Below, piece after piece: positions 36,995-47,601 of a DNA stretch of 55,356 bases. The stretch lies in assembly GCA_049663805.1 (NCBI GenBank), contig JBATEB010000195.1, forward strand, positions 1 to 55,356. The letters are read 5' to 3'. This stretch comes from Burkholderiales bacterium. Its GTDB lineage: Bacteria > Pseudomonadota > Gammaproteobacteria > Burkholderiales > SG8-39. Both the position numbers and the translations under genes were made by a program. Each line of letters starts with the position of its first letter. The stretch's first letter is position 1. Below the pieces are notes generated by a model. The model was not told the origin of the DNA and ran no database searches. It was given only the letters and a program-made list of their open reading frames with translations.

Positions 36995-38644
36995 ATGCCA
37001 GACGCAAAGGCCGACCCTTACGAGATCGATCTCGACAAGAACCCGGCCAACTACGCGCCGCTGACGCCGCTCGGCTTCATCGAGCGTGCCGCCCAGGTCT
37101 ACCCGGAGCGCACCGCGCTGATCCATGGCGCGCGTCGCGCCACCTGGGCGCAGACTTACGCGCGCTGCCGGCGGCTCGCTTCGGCGCTCGCTCGGAGAGG
37201 GATCGGGCGCGGCGACACCGTCGCCGCGATGCTCGCGAACACGCCGGAAATGTACGAATGCCATTTCGGCGTGCCGATGACGGGCGCCGTCCTCAACACC
37301 CTGAACACGCGGCTCGACCCCGAGGCGATCGCCTTCATGCTCGAGCACGGCGGAGCCAGGGTCCTGTTTGCCGACCGCGAGTTTTCCGGGACCGTCGCAA
37401 AAGCGCTGGCGGCGCTGGGGACTAAACCCCTGGTGATCGATGTGGACGACCGCGAGTATTCTGGGCCCGGCGAGCGCATCGGCGCGCAGGAGTACGAGGG
37501 CTTCATCGCCGAGGGCGACCCCGGCTACGTCTGGGAGCCGCCCGAGGACGAATGGAACGCGATCTCGCTCAACTACACCTCGGGCACGACCGGCAACCCG
37601 AAGGGGGTCGTGTACCACCACCGCGGCGCGTACCTGAACGCAATCTGCAATATCGTCACCTGGGGGATGCCGCACCATGCCGTGTATCTCTGGACACTGC
37701 CGATGTTTCACTGCAACGGCTGGTGCTTCCCCTGGACGATGGCCGCCAACGCGGGAACGAACGTGTGCCTGCGAAAGGTCGAGGCCAAGCTCGTTTTCGA
37801 CGCGATCCGCGAACACGGCGTGACCCACTACTGCGGAGCGCCGATCGTGCATTCGACCCTGGTCAACGCGGACCCCGCGCTGCGCCAGGGCATCCGCCAC
37901 AAGGTCAACGCGATGGTGGCCGCGGCGGCGCCGCCCGCGGCCATGATCGAAAGCATGGAGCGCATGGGCTGGGAGCTGACCCATGTCTACGGGCTGACCG
38001 AGGTCTACGGCCCGGCGACGGTCTGTGCCAAGCACGAGGAATGGAACCGACTCGATATCGGGCGGCGCACCGAGAAGAACGGCCGGCAGGGCGTGCGTTA
38101 CCTGATGGAGGAGGGCCTCTCGGTGATGGACCCGCGCACCATGGAGCCGGTGCCCGCGGACGGCGAGACCATGGGCGAGATCATGTTCCGCGGAAACATC
38201 ACCATGAAGGGTTACCTGAAGAACCGCAAGGCGACCGAAGAAGCGTTCTCCGGAGGGTGGTTTCACTCCGGCGATCTGGCGGTGACGCAGTCCGACGGCT
38301 ACGTCAAGATCAAGGACCGCGCGAAGGACATCATCATCTCCGGGGGCGAGAACATATCCTCGCTCGAAGTCGAGGACGTGATCTACCGGCATCCCGCGGT
38401 GCTCGCCGCGGCGGTGGTCGCGAGGCCCGACCCCCGGTGGGGCGAGACGCCCTGCGCCTTTGTCGAAGTGAAGGCGGGCGCAAAAGTCACGGAAAAGGAG
38501 ATCATCGACCACTGCCGCGCGAATCTCGCGCACTTCAAGGTGCCGCGCCACGTGGTGTTCGGCCCGCTGCCGAAGACTTCGACGGGGAAAATACAGAAGT
38601 TCGTGCTGCGTCAGCAGGCGAAGTCGGCGGAAGCGATCGAATAA
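36995..38644 (+). CDS. AMP-forming acyl-CoA synthetase (medium/short-chain, DmdB/AAE-like)
   Basis: 549 aa. It has an AMP-binding motif (LNYTSGTTGNPKGVVYHHRG), plus YGLTE, SGDLAV and KDIIISGGENISS, with a terminal TSTGKIQKF. Confidence 0.85.
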   Translation: MPDAKADPYEIDLDKNPANYAPLTPLGFIERAAQVYPERTALIHGARRATWAQTYARCRRLASALARRGIGRGDTVAAMLANTPEMYECHFGVPMTGAVLNTLNTRLDPEAIAFMLEHGGARVLFADREFSGTVAKALAALGTKPLVIDVDDREYSGPGERIGAQEYEGFIAEGDPGYVWEPPEDEWNAISLNYTSGTTGNPKGVVYHHRGAYLNAICNIVTWGMPHHAVYLWTLPMFHCNGWCFPWTMAANAGTNVCLRKVEAKLVFDAIREHGVTHYCGAPIVHSTLVNADPALRQGIRHKVNAMVAAAAPPAAMIESMERMGWELTHVYGLTEVYGPATVCAKHEEWNRLDIGRRTEKNGRQGVRYLMEEGLSVMDPRTMEPVPADGETMGEIMFRGNITMKGYLKNRKATEEAFSGGWFHSGDLAVTQSDGYVKIKDRAKDIIISGGENISSLEVEDVIYRHPAVLAAAVVARPDPRWGETPCAFVEVKAGAKVTEKEIIDHCRANLAHFKVPRHVVFGPLPKTSTGKIQKFVLRQQAKSAEAIE

Positions 38645-38705
38645 CGGGAATCAACGCGGGGATTTCCCTCCTCGAGCATGGAGGGGATGCTACGGGGGAC
38701 GGACC

Positions 38706-39509
38706 ATGAACGCTCCACCGAGGAACGAAGTCGAAGCGCCCTACGTTCTGCGCGAGGACAGGGAGGGCGTCGCCACCCTCATGCTCAACCGCGGCGAGCG
38801 CATGAATCCCCTGTCGACGGGGATGCTCGCCGCGCTGCAGGGAGAGCTCGACCGACTTTCGAAGGACCCCAACATCCGGGTCGTGGTCCTCGCGGGGGCC
38901 GGCAAGCATTTCTGCGCGGGCCACGACTTGCGCGAGATGCGCTCGCATCCCGACAAGAGCTGGCAGAAGGGCCTGTTCGAGCGATGCAGCGAGGTGATGC
39001 TCGCGCTGGTTCGACTGCCCCAGCCGGTGATCGCCCGCGTCCAGGGCGTCGCGGTCGCCGCCGGCTGCCAGCTGGTGTCGATGTGCGACCTCGCGGTGGC
39101 GAGCGAGGACGCCCGCTTTGCGCTCCCCGGGATCAAGAGCGGAATCTTCTGCACCACGCCCGGGGTCGGGGTCGCGCGAAACCTGTCGCGCAAGCACGCG
39201 CTGGAAATGCTCTTCACCGGGGATGCGATCGACGCGAGGACCGCGCTCGCCTGGGGCCTGGTGAACTGCGTGGCGCCGGCTGGTGATCTCGACGCCGAGG
39301 TGGACGGTCTCGCGCGCAAGATACTCGCGCACAGCGGAGCGGTCGTCCGCCTGGGCAAGCGCTTCTTCTACGAGCAGGTGGAGAAGGGGCTTGTGGAGGC
39401 TTACGCGCTTGCCGCCGAGGGCATGGCCTGCAATATGGCGCTCGAGGACGCGGCCGAGGGTATCGACGCGTTCATCGGCAAGCGCAAACCGGACTGGAAA
39501 GAAAAGTAA
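38706..39509 (+). CDS. Enoyl-CoA hydratase/isomerase (crotonase) family protein
   Basis: Contains LNRGERMNPLS, VVVLAGAGKHFCAGHDLREM and ARVQGVAVAAGCQL. Confidence 0.85.
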   Translation: MNAPPRNEVEAPYVLREDREGVATLMLNRGERMNPLSTGMLAALQGELDRLSKDPNIRVVVLAGAGKHFCAGHDLREMRSHPDKSWQKGLFERCSEVMLALVRLPQPVIARVQGVAVAAGCQLVSMCDLAVASEDARFALPGIKSGIFCTTPGVGVARNLSRKHALEMLFTGDAIDARTALAWGLVNCVAPAGDLDAEVDGLARKILAHSGAVVRLGKRFFYEQVEKGLVEAYALAAEGMACNMALEDAAEGIDAFIGKRKPDWKEK

Positions 39510-39567
39510 TCGGCGGTTTCGATTTCGCCGGGAAGACGGTCGTCCTTCGCCGGGAAGCGGCGGGAGA

Positions 39568-41499
39568 TCAGTTTTCCCGTCTCGCGGGGCGAGTCCGCAT
39601 GCCGCCCGGCCAGGGCACGATGGTCGCCGCTGCGAGGGTGATGCCGGCGAGCGGAGGATACACGCCGGGTCCGATCAGCAGCAGGCCGGCCAGAGCGACG
39701 CTGATCCGGCGCAGCGGCCCGAGGGGCCCCAGCGCGAATCCGCGGATGCCGCATGCGACCAGCACCGCGCCGATGAGCGCGGTCGCGATCGCCCAGGCGA
39801 TCGTGCCCGCCGAACCCTTCAGAAGCAGGCCGGGATTGAGGACGAAGGCGAAAGGAATGATGAAGGCGGCGATGCCAAGCCGCATCGCCTCCCAGCCGGT
39901 TCGCCACATCCGGTCGCCCGAAATCGCGATCGCCACGTACACCGCGATGCACAGCGGCGGCGTGAAGAACGAGGCGAGGCCCCAGTAGACGACGAACAGA
40001 TGGGCCGCCAGGTCGGATACGCCGAGCTGGATCAGCGCGGGTGCCATCAGCGTGGCGAGCGTGACGTACACCGGAATCGAGTCCAGTCCCATCCCGAGGA
40101 TGAAGCTCGCCAACCCGACCAGCAGCAGCGTGAGCAGAAGATGGCCGCCGGACAGATCGAGAATAAAGGTCGAGATCTTGACCCCGACGCCGCTTAGTTC
40201 GACCGCGCCGATCAGGATGCCCACGAACGCGGTGATCGCCGCGATGGCGACCCACCCGCGCACCGCGCGCTCGCAGGCGCGGGCGATGTTCCTCGGGGTC
40301 AGCCAGTGGGCGCGATCCCCGGACAGGAAGCTTGCGCCGATGACGAAGGGGATGGCGAGCACGCCGGCCATGCCGGGGGGGTAGGCCTTGACGAACAGCA
40401 GGACCATCAGCGCGGCCATCGGAATGAAATAGAACCAGCCCTCTCTGCACACCGGCCACAACCTCGGCAGATCGGCTCTGGCAATGGGTTCGATACCGTC
40501 GCGACGCGCCTGCAGATCCACGGAGACGAACACGATCACGAAATACAGCAGCGCCGGCGCCAAGGCGGCGAGCGCGATCTGCGAGTACGGTACGCGGATC
40601 CACTCGGCCATCACGAACGCGATCGCACCCATCACCGGCGGCAGGATCTGGCCGCCGGTCGAGGCGACCGCTTCGACGGCGCCGGCGAAGGACGCGCGGT
40701 AGCCGATCTGTTTCATCAGGGGAATGGTGAACACCCCGGTGGTGGCGACATTGGCCGAGGGCGAGCCGGAGATCGAGCCGAACAGGGCGCTCGACACCAC
40801 CGCGGCCTTGGCCGGTCCGCCGCGCGACGCCCCGGTGAGCGCGAGCGCGAGTCGCAGGAACCATTTTCCGGCGCCGCCCGCTTCCATCAGCGCGCCGAAC
40901 ACCACGAAGACGATGATGATGTTGGCGGCCACGTTGAGCGGCAGCCCGAATATGCCGGATTCGCCGACATACGCGCTGTAGAGCAACCGGTCCGGCGCAT
41001 AGCCGCGGCCGTAGAGAACTCCCGGCAGCAGGTTCTGAAACACCGTGGCGAGCGCGAGCGTGGTCACCAGGATCGGCAGGGTCACCCCGGTCGCCCGCCG
41101 CACCGCCTCGATCAGCGGCAGGCACAGCAAGAGCGCCAGCACCAGCCCCCGGGTGTCGAGGAAGCCGAACATGCTGTAGTCGAGCACTTTCTGATGGAAC
41201 AGGAGGACGTAACCGAGGCTTACCCACGCGCAGGCGATCAGGGCGAGGTCGTAGGACGTCGGACGGCGCAGGGGCGCGCCGTCGTTGCGCGACACGCCGT
41301 GCCCGCCGAGGGCGGGCACGGTGAGGAAGATGATCGTCAGCGCCGCCGCGAGGCTGATCGCCCCGTGCACCTGCTCGGGCATGAAAAAGCCCGCCATCGC
41401 GACCAGGTTCCCGATGATGAGCAGGTGATAGAGGACCAGGGCGGTGGCAATCCAGCCGAACGCCGACACCCGGTCCGAAGGCTCGGCCTGCTGCTCCAT
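39568..41499 (-). CDS. TRAP transporter fused permease (TAXI-associated, DctQ-DctM fusion type)
   Basis: About 643 aa and highly hydrophobic with many TM helices. It lies directly downstream of a TAXI solute receptor gene. ORF 39568..41535 allows a start 12 codons further upstream. Confidence 0.8.
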   Translation of the reverse strand: MEQQAEPSDRVSAFGWIATALVLYHLLIIGNLVAMAGFFMPEQVHGAISLAAALTIIFLTVPALGGHGVSRNDGAPLRRPTSYDLALIACAWVSLGYVLLFHQKVLDYSMFGFLDTRGLVLALLLCLPLIEAVRRATGVTLPILVTTLALATVFQNLLPGVLYGRGYAPDRLLYSAYVGESGIFGLPLNVAANIIIVFVVFGALMEAGGAGKWFLRLALALTGASRGGPAKAAVVSSALFGSISGSPSANVATTGVFTIPLMKQIGYRASFAGAVEAVASTGGQILPPVMGAIAFVMAEWIRVPYSQIALAALAPALLYFVIVFVSVDLQARRDGIEPIARADLPRLWPVCREGWFYFIPMAALMVLLFVKAYPPGMAGVLAIPFVIGASFLSGDRAHWLTPRNIARACERAVRGWVAIAAITAFVGILIGAVELSGVGVKISTFILDLSGGHLLLTLLLVGLASFILGMGLDSIPVYVTLATLMAPALIQLGVSDLAAHLFVVYWGLASFFTPPLCIAVYVAIAISGDRMWRTGWEAMRLGIAAFIIPFAFVLNPGLLLKGSAGTIAWAIATALIGAVLVACGIRGFALGPLGPLRRISVALAGLLLIGPGVYPPLAGITLAAATIVPWPGGMRTRPARREN

Positions 41500-41550
41500 G
41501 GTGATCGATGGAAGGTCTGAATGGCGGCGGGCCACAGCCTCGCCGCCGCA

Positions 41551-42546
41551 TCAGCCCTTGAGTTCGTCCTGGGCTTTTTCCAGCGCCGGAGTCCAGAGCC
41601 GCTTTTCCTTGAAGTAGCGGATCGCGCCGGGATGGTAGGGAATCTTCGGGTCCTCCAGGGATTCCTGCAGGGTCCACTCGTTGGCAGTGCCGTGGAAGGT
41701 GTGGAACTCCTTGAGATTGTCGAACAGGGTTTGGGTCACCTTGTACACCGTGTCCTCGGACAGGCGCGAGGCGGCGACGATATAGCTGGCGAAGGCGAAG
41801 ATGTTCACCGCCTTGTCCTGCCCCGGATAGGTATTTGCCGGCAACCGGGTCCTCGACATCGATTTCGGCAGCATCGCCATCATGGCCTGCATCTTGTCGT
41901 CGGGAATGTCCAGAAACTTGATCTTTCCGTCGCGTCCCAGCGACTGCAGGTAGCTCGCGCCCGCGCTGCCCGGCATGACGACCGCGTCGACCGTGTCGCT
42001 CCTGATCGCGTTCACCGCCTCGCCGGTATTGGTGGTCGAGACGATGCGCACCTTGCCCGGGTCGATCCCGTAGGCCTTGAGCAGGGCATCGGTGATCAGA
42101 GCCAGTTCCGGCAGCGCCGGACGCCTGCCGATCAGCGTCTTGCCGGCAAGATCCTCGGGCTTTTCGATGCCGGAGCCCACGCGCACGAGGATCTGCCGGA
42201 GATTCGGCGCCCCTTGAGCGATCAGTCCGACGCCGATCTTCTGCTTGAACGGTGCGTTGCCGTGGGCGCCGTCGAAGGCGGCACCCGCATTGACGAACGC
42301 AAGATCGACCTTGTCCGCGCCGATAGCGAACACGTTGGCAGTCGAACCGCCGACCGGCTCGGCGGTGGCGGCGATGCCGGCGTGGCGGGTGAGCATGGTG
42401 CTCAGGCCGACCGCGAGGGTGTAAAAGACGCTGCCGGAGCTCGAGGTTCCGATGCGTACCGCCGATGTTTGCGCGAGCGCGGATCCTCCCGCCGCCGCGG
42501 CGACCAGCGCTGCCAGGGCGGCGCACAGACGCGTTGTGGTTTTCAC
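41551..42546 (-). CDS. TRAP transporter solute receptor, TAXI family
   Basis: GTG start with an AGGAGG Shine-Dalgarno. It has a signal peptide (LCAALAALVAAAAGGSALAQ) and the TAXI core (RIGTSSSGSVFYTLAVGL...PYHPGAIRYFKE). Confidence 0.82.
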   Translation of the reverse strand: MKTTTRLCAALAALVAAAAGGSALAQTSAVRIGTSSSGSVFYTLAVGLSTMLTRHAGIAATAEPVGGSTANVFAIGADKVDLAFVNAGAAFDGAHGNAPFKQKIGVGLIAQGAPNLRQILVRVGSGIEKPEDLAGKTLIGRRPALPELALITDALLKAYGIDPGKVRIVSTTNTGEAVNAIRSDTVDAVVMPGSAGASYLQSLGRDGKIKFLDIPDDKMQAMMAMLPKSMSRTRLPANTYPGQDKAVNIFAFASYIVAASRLSEDTVYKVTQTLFDNLKEFHTFHGTANEWTLQESLEDPKIPYHPGAIRYFKEKRLWTPALEKAQDELKG

Positions 42547-42718
42547 GGTCGTTCCTCCTAACGGTTGGCGATTGAAGAGCAATAACAAACAATCAAATTC
42601 CGCCCGGATCGCGGCTCTGCCCGGGAAACCCCGACCGAGCATGAACGCAGGGCCGATTATGCACCGTCCCGGACGCGTTCAAGCACGTGAATGATACCTT
42701 GCGCGTTCTTTCCGCCGG

Positions 42719-43942
42719 TCAGATGATTTTCATCGCCGCAAGCCGATCGAGTTCGTCGGCGCGCATCCCGAGCAGATCGCCGAGCACTTCCCGCGTGTGT
42801 TGTCCGAGCAGCGGCGGTGGCAACGGGTATTCGACCGGGGTCCCGGAAAAGCGCATCGGACTGGCCACCGTCGGGCAGGGAACACCCGACGCGTGCGGAA
42901 TCTCGAGTTTCAGTCCCCGGTGCCCGACCTGCGGGTCTTCGAACACTTCCCGGTAGTCGTTGATCGGTCCGCAGGGCACGCCGGCGGCTTCGAGGCGCCC
43001 GAGCCAGTCTTTGCTCGCTCGTTCCTTCATCACTTTGCGCAGGAGCGGGATCAGCTCGCCGCGATTCCGGATGCGCCCCGGCATGGTGGCGTAGCGCGAA
43101 TCGGCAGCCAGCTCCGGCCGGCCGGCGACCTTGCAGAAACTCGCAAACTGGCTGTCGTTGCCCACCGCCAGGATGACGTGGCCGTCGGCGGTGGCGAAGG
43201 CTTCGTAGGGCACGACGTTCGCGTGCGCGTTGCCCCAGCGCCCGGGGATCTTGCCGGAGGTGAAATAGTTGAGGATCTGGTTCGCTCCAAAGGCCACAAT
43301 CGAGTCGAACAGCGCCAGGTCGATGTGCTGGCCCACCCCGGTGCGCTCGCGATGCGCGATCGCCGCGGTGATCGCGAGGCTCGCGTACATCCCGGCGAGG
43401 ACGTCGGTGACGGCAATGCCGACCTTCTGCGGACCGCCGCCGGGCTCGCCGTCGCGCTCGCCGGTGATGCTCATGAGGCCGCCCATGCCCTGGAAGATGA
43501 AGTCATAGCCGGGCCGGTGCGCGCTCGGGCCCGACTGGCCGAAACCGGTGATCGAGCAGTAGACGATGCGTGGATTGATCTTCCTCACGTCCTCGTAGGC
43601 GAGCCCGTACTTTGCGAGTCCTCCGACCTTGTAGTTCTCGATGAGCACGTCGCACTTCGCCGCGAGCTTGTGCGCGATGCTCTGGCCGTCCCCGGTCGAT
43701 ATGTCGAGCGTCACCGATTTCTTGCCGCGATTGACCGAGAGAAAGTAGGCGGCTTCCCGTGTGTCCCGACCGGCACGGTCCTTGAGGAACGGTGGGCCCC
43801 AGCTGCGCGTATCGTCGCCGGTGCCGGGGCGCTCGATCTTGAGGACCTCGGCGCCCAGGTCGGCGAGGTTCTGCGAGGCCCATGGCCCGGCGAGAACGCG
43901 GGACAGGTCGAGGACCCGGATGTGAGATAGGGGGCGCTGCAT
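42719..43942 (-). CDS. Family III CoA-transferase (CaiB/BaiF family)
   Basis: Contains IRVLDLSRVLAGPWASQNLADLGAEVLKIERPGTGDDTR, the characteristic N-terminus. 407 aa. Confidence 0.88.
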   Translation of the reverse strand: MQRPLSHIRVLDLSRVLAGPWASQNLADLGAEVLKIERPGTGDDTRSWGPPFLKDRAGRDTREAAYFLSVNRGKKSVTLDISTGDGQSIAHKLAAKCDVLIENYKVGGLAKYGLAYEDVRKINPRIVYCSITGFGQSGPSAHRPGYDFIFQGMGGLMSITGERDGEPGGGPQKVGIAVTDVLAGMYASLAITAAIAHRERTGVGQHIDLALFDSIVAFGANQILNYFTSGKIPGRWGNAHANVVPYEAFATADGHVILAVGNDSQFASFCKVAGRPELAADSRYATMPGRIRNRGELIPLLRKVMKERASKDWLGRLEAAGVPCGPINDYREVFEDPQVGHRGLKLEIPHASGVPCPTVASPMRFSGTPVEYPLPPPLLGQHTREVLGDLLGMRADELDRLAAMKII

Positions 43943-44037
43943 TGGGCGGGGAAAGGGCCGGGCGGATTATATCGGCAGCCGGGAGTGGTGCGCGCGATGG
44001 CTTATAATTCGACGGCTTTCGTCGCAAGAGCGAGTAC

Positions 44038-44790
44038 ATGAAGATACTGGTTTCGGTGAAGCGCGTGGTCGATTTCAACGTCAAGGTGCGCGTCAAGGCG
44101 GACGGTTCCGCCGTGGAGACGGCCAACGTCAAGATGTCGATGAACCCGTTCGATGAAATCGCGGTGGAGGAAGCGCTGCGGCTCAGGGAAGCCGGGATCG
44201 CCACCGAAATCCTCGCGGTGTCCTGCGGCGTGCAGGCCTGCCAGGAAACGCTGCGCACGGCGCTCGCGCTCGGCGCCGACCGGGCGATCCTGGTCGAGAC
44301 CGATGTGGAGCTGGAGCCGCTCGCGGTCGCGAAGCTTCTCGCGGCGATCGCCCGGAAGGAGGGCCCGCAACTCGTGATTCTCGGAAAGCAGGCCATCGAC
44401 GACGATTGCAGCCAGACCGGCCAGATGCTCGCGGCGCTGCTCGGCTGGGCGCAGGCGACATTCGCTTCCAAGCTCAAGATCTCCGACGGCCGGGCCGAGG
44501 TTACGCGCGAAGTGGACGGCGGGCTGGAGACGATAGCGGTAAAGCTCCCCGCAATCGTGACGACCGATCTGCGGCTGAACGAGCCGCGCTACGTGACTCT
44601 CCCCAATATCATGAAAGCAAAAAAGAAACCCCTCGAGGTGTTGAAACCGGATGCGCTCGGCGTGGATGTCGCCCCGAGGCTGAAGACGCTGAAGGTCGAG
44701 GAGCCGCCCCGACGCAAGGCGGGCGTGAAACTGCCCGATGCGAAGACCCTGGTCGAGAAGTTGCGCAAGGAAGCCAAGGTGATTGCATGA
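44038..44790 (+). CDS. etfB: Electron transfer flavoprotein subunit beta
   Basis: Contains [12 protein letters not shown]...[17 protein letters not shown]. 250 aa. Confidence 0.95.
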   Translation: MKILVSVKRVVDFNVKVRVKADGSAVETANVKMSMNPFDEIAVEEALRLREAGIATEILAVSCGVQACQETLRTALALGADRAILVETDVELEPLAVAKLLAAIARKEGPQLVILGKQAIDDDCSQTGQMLAALLGWAQATFASKLKISDGRAEVTREVDGGLETIAVKLPAIVTTDLRLNEPRYVTLPNIMKAKKKPLEVLKPDALGVDVAPRLKTLKVEEPPRRKAGVKLPDAKTLVEKLRKEAKVIA

Positions 44791-45719
44791 GTATTCTGGT
44801 CATCGCCGAACACGATCACCAGTCGATCAAGCCGGCGACGCTCACCACCGTTGCCGCGGCGGCGAAGATCGGCGGCGATCTCGCCGTTCTCGTCGCGGGC
44901 TCGGGCTGCGACGGGGCCGCGAAAGCGGCTGCGGCGATCGCCGGCGTCGGGAAAGTGCTGGTGGCTGACGCTCCGCATTACCAGGCGCAGCTCGCAGAGG
45001 ACCTTGCGTCGCTGGTCGCCGGCCTGGCCGCAAGCCATACCCACGTTCTCGCGCCGGCGAATTCGTTCGGCAAGAACCTCGCCCCGCGCGTCGCGGCGCT
45101 GCTGGATGTCGCGCAGGTCTCGGACATCGTCGCGGTCGTGAGCCCGGACACGTTCGTGCGTCCGATCTATGCGGGTAGCGTGCTCGCGACCGTTCAATCG
45201 AAAGACAGGATCAAGGTGATTACGGTTCGGGCGACCGGTTTCGATGCCGCGGCGGCGAGCGGCGGCTCGGCTGCCCGGGAGAATCTGAAACCGGGAGCCC
45301 AATCCGGGCTCTCCGCGCTGGTCGGCCGCGAGCTGACCCAATCCGAGCGCCCCGAGCTGACCGCGGCCCGCGTGGTGGTTTCGGGGGGGCGCGGAATGGG
45401 CTCGGGGGACAATTTCAAGGTGCTCGAGCCGCTGGCGGACAGGCTGGGCGCGGCGATGGGCGCTTCGCGCGCGGCGGTGGATGCGGGATTCGTGCCGAAC
45501 GACTGGCAGGTCGGACAGACGGGCAAGATCGTGGCGCCTGAGCTCTATATCGCGGTGGGCATCTCCGGTGCAATCCAGCACCTGGCCGGAATGAAGGACA
45601 GCCGCGTCATCGTCGCCATCAACAAGGACGAGGAGGCGCCGATCTTTCAGGTTGCGGATTACGGAATCGTCGGCGACCTGTTTCAGGTGGTTCCGGATCT
45701 GGTGAAGGAACTGGGGTAG
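44787..45719 (+). CDS. etfA: Electron transfer flavoprotein subunit alpha
   Basis: ATGA overlap with etfB. Contains [10 protein letters not shown]...; the FAD-binding C-terminus is [19 protein letters not shown]. Confidence 0.95.
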   Translation: MSILVIAEHDHQSIKPATLTTVAAAAKIGGDLAVLVAGSGCDGAAKAAAAIAGVGKVLVADAPHYQAQLAEDLASLVAGLAASHTHVLAPANSFGKNLAPRVAALLDVAQVSDIVAVVSPDTFVRPIYAGSVLATVQSKDRIKVITVRATGFDAAAASGGSAARENLKPGAQSGLSALVGRELTQSERPELTAARVVVSGGRGMGSGDNFKVLEPLADRLGAAMGASRAAVDAGFVPNDWQVGQTGKIVAPELYIAVGISGAIQHLAGMKDSRVIVAINKDEEAPIFQVADYGIVGDLFQVVPDLVKELG

Positions 45720-45772
45720 GACGACCCCCTGACCAGGGCGGCGAAGTTCGGTGATCTTCCGTGGAGCGGCAT

Positions 45773-47584
45773 ATGAATGATTACAAGGCGCCACTGCGCG
45801 ACATGCGGTTCGTGCTCAAGGAGCTCGCCGGGCTGGACGAAATCGCGAAACTCCCCGGCTGCGAGGAAGTGAACGCGGAACTGGTCGACCAGATCCTCGA
45901 GGAAGCCGCGAAATTCGCGACCGGGGTGCTCTCTCCCCTCAACAAGACCGCCGACAGCGAAGGCTCGACGTGGGAGGGCGGCGAGGTGCGCACGCCCAAG
46001 GGCTTCAAGGAAGCCTACCGGCAATTCGTCAAGGGGGGCTGGAATGCGCTGCAGGCGCCCGCCGAGTACGGTGGGCAGGGATTGCCGAAGATCGTTTCGA
46101 CCCCGGTGTTCGAGATGTGGAAATCGGCGAACCTTTCCTTTTCGCTGTGCCCGATGCTCACGGCCGGGGCGGTGGAAGCGCTGCTCCTGCGCGGCTCCGA
46201 CACCCTGAAGGGCATCTACGTCAAGAAGATGGTGGACGGCGCCTGGACCGGCACCATGAACCTCACCGAGCCTCAGGCGGGCTCGGACCTGGCGCTGGTC
46301 AAGACCCGCGCGGTGCCGGCGCGCGACGAGGGGAATGGCGAGCACTACCGCCTCCACGGGCAGAAGATTTTCATAACGTATGGCGAGCACGATCTGGCCG
46401 AAAATATCGTCCACATGGTGCTCGCGCGCACGCCGAGCGCACCCGAGGGGGTGCGCGGCATCTCGCTCTTCGTCGTCCCCAAGTTCCTGGTGAAGAAGGA
46501 CGGTTCGCTCGGTGCGCGCAACGACCTGAAGTGCGCCTCGATCGAGCACAAGCTCGGCATCCATGCGAGTCCCACGGCGGTGATGATCTACGGCGAGAAG
46601 GAAGGCGCGGTGGGCTACCTCGTCGGCGAGGAGAACCGCGGCCTCGAGTATATGTTCATCATGATGAATGCGGCGCGATTCGCCGTCGGGCTGGAAGGAG
46701 TGGCGATCGCCGAGCGCGCCTACCAGCAGGCGCTCGCGTACGCGAAGGAGCGCATCCAGAGCCGGGATCTTTCGGGCGAGGGGGCTGCAGCGGCCGTGCC
46801 CATCATTCGCCACCCCGACGTCCGCAGGATGCTGATGAGCATGAAGGCCCAGACCGAGGCGATGCGCGCTTTTGCCTACGTCGTCGCCGCGGCGATGGAC
46901 AAGGCGCATCGCCATCCGGACAAGGAAGAGCGTGCTCGAAGCCAGGCGTTCGTCGATTTTGCGATCCCCATCGTCAAGGGCTGGAGCACGGAGACGGGGA
47001 TCGAGGTCGCCTCCACCGGCATCCAGGTTCACGGCGGCATGGGTTTCATCGAAGAGACCGGCGCCGCCCAGCACCTGCGCGATGCGCGCATCACGACGAT
47101 CTACGAGGGCACGACCGGCATCCAGGCGAACGATCTGATCGGCCGCAAGGTAGCGCGCGACGGCGGCGCGACCGCGAAACAGGTGCTCAAGTCCATGCGC
47201 AGGGTCGAAGCGCAGCTCGCCGCGATCGGGGGCGAGGACTTTGCGTCGATCGGCGAAGCCTTCTCGTCGGCGTTGACCGCGGCGGAAGAGTGCATCTCCT
47301 GGGTCGTCATCGCCTACGGCGACGACATCAAGGCGGCCCACGCCTCGGCCGTGCCTTTCCTCAAGCTCATGGGCGTCGTTTGCGGCGGCTGGCAGATGGC
47401 GCGTGCGGCGTCGGTTGCGCGCGAGCGACTGGTGCAAGCCCAGGGAGACAAGTCCTTCCATGCGGCGAAGATCAAGACCGCGCGTTTCTACGCGGATCAC
47501 GTGCTCACACAGGCGCCGGCCCTGCGTAACGCCATCGTGCATGGAGCGGCCGGAGTCATGGCGTTGACGGAGGAGCAGTTCTGA
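45773..47584 (+). CDS. Long-type acyl-CoA dehydrogenase (~600 aa, DmdC/FadE-like with extended C-terminal domain)
   Basis: Contains MNDYKAPLRDMRFVL, LTEPQAGSDL, KIFITYGEHD and IQVHGGMGFIEETGAAQHLRDARITTIYEGTTGIQ. 603 aa. Confidence 0.88.
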   Translation: MNDYKAPLRDMRFVLKELAGLDEIAKLPGCEEVNAELVDQILEEAAKFATGVLSPLNKTADSEGSTWEGGEVRTPKGFKEAYRQFVKGGWNALQAPAEYGGQGLPKIVSTPVFEMWKSANLSFSLCPMLTAGAVEALLLRGSDTLKGIYVKKMVDGAWTGTMNLTEPQAGSDLALVKTRAVPARDEGNGEHYRLHGQKIFITYGEHDLAENIVHMVLARTPSAPEGVRGISLFVVPKFLVKKDGSLGARNDLKCASIEHKLGIHASPTAVMIYGEKEGAVGYLVGEENRGLEYMFIMMNAARFAVGLEGVAIAERAYQQALAYAKERIQSRDLSGEGAAAAVPIIRHPDVRRMLMSMKAQTEAMRAFAYVVAAAMDKAHRHPDKEERARSQAFVDFAIPIVKGWSTETGIEVASTGIQVHGGMGFIEETGAAQHLRDARITTIYEGTTGIQANDLIGRKVARDGGATAKQVLKSMRRVEAQLAAIGGEDFASIGEAFSSALTAAEECISWVVIAYGDDIKAAHASAVPFLKLMGVVCGGWQMARAASVARERLVQAQGDKSFHAAKIKTARFYADHVLTQAPALRNAIVHGAAGVMALTEEQF

Positions 47585-47601
47585 GGAACGCGGGGGATGC
47601 G

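Noticed and set aside
39524-39557. 12-nt direct repeat TTCGCCGGGAAG x2, spaced 22 nt apart, between the convergent crotonase and TRAP permease genes
   Set aside because: It is short, lies in a 58-nt convergent spacer and is self-complementary (CTTC...GAAG). Most likely it is just part of weak terminator-like GC hairpins, and there is not enough evidence for a distinct element.
39401-42592. 1063-aa ORF on the minus strand spanning the TAXI receptor and TRAP permease genes
   Set aside because: It runs in a different frame over two well-supported genes on the same strand. Its translation is Arg/Gly/Pro/Asp-rich low-complexity sequence with no recognisable motifs, which is the typical stop-codon-poor off-frame artefact of high-GC DNA.
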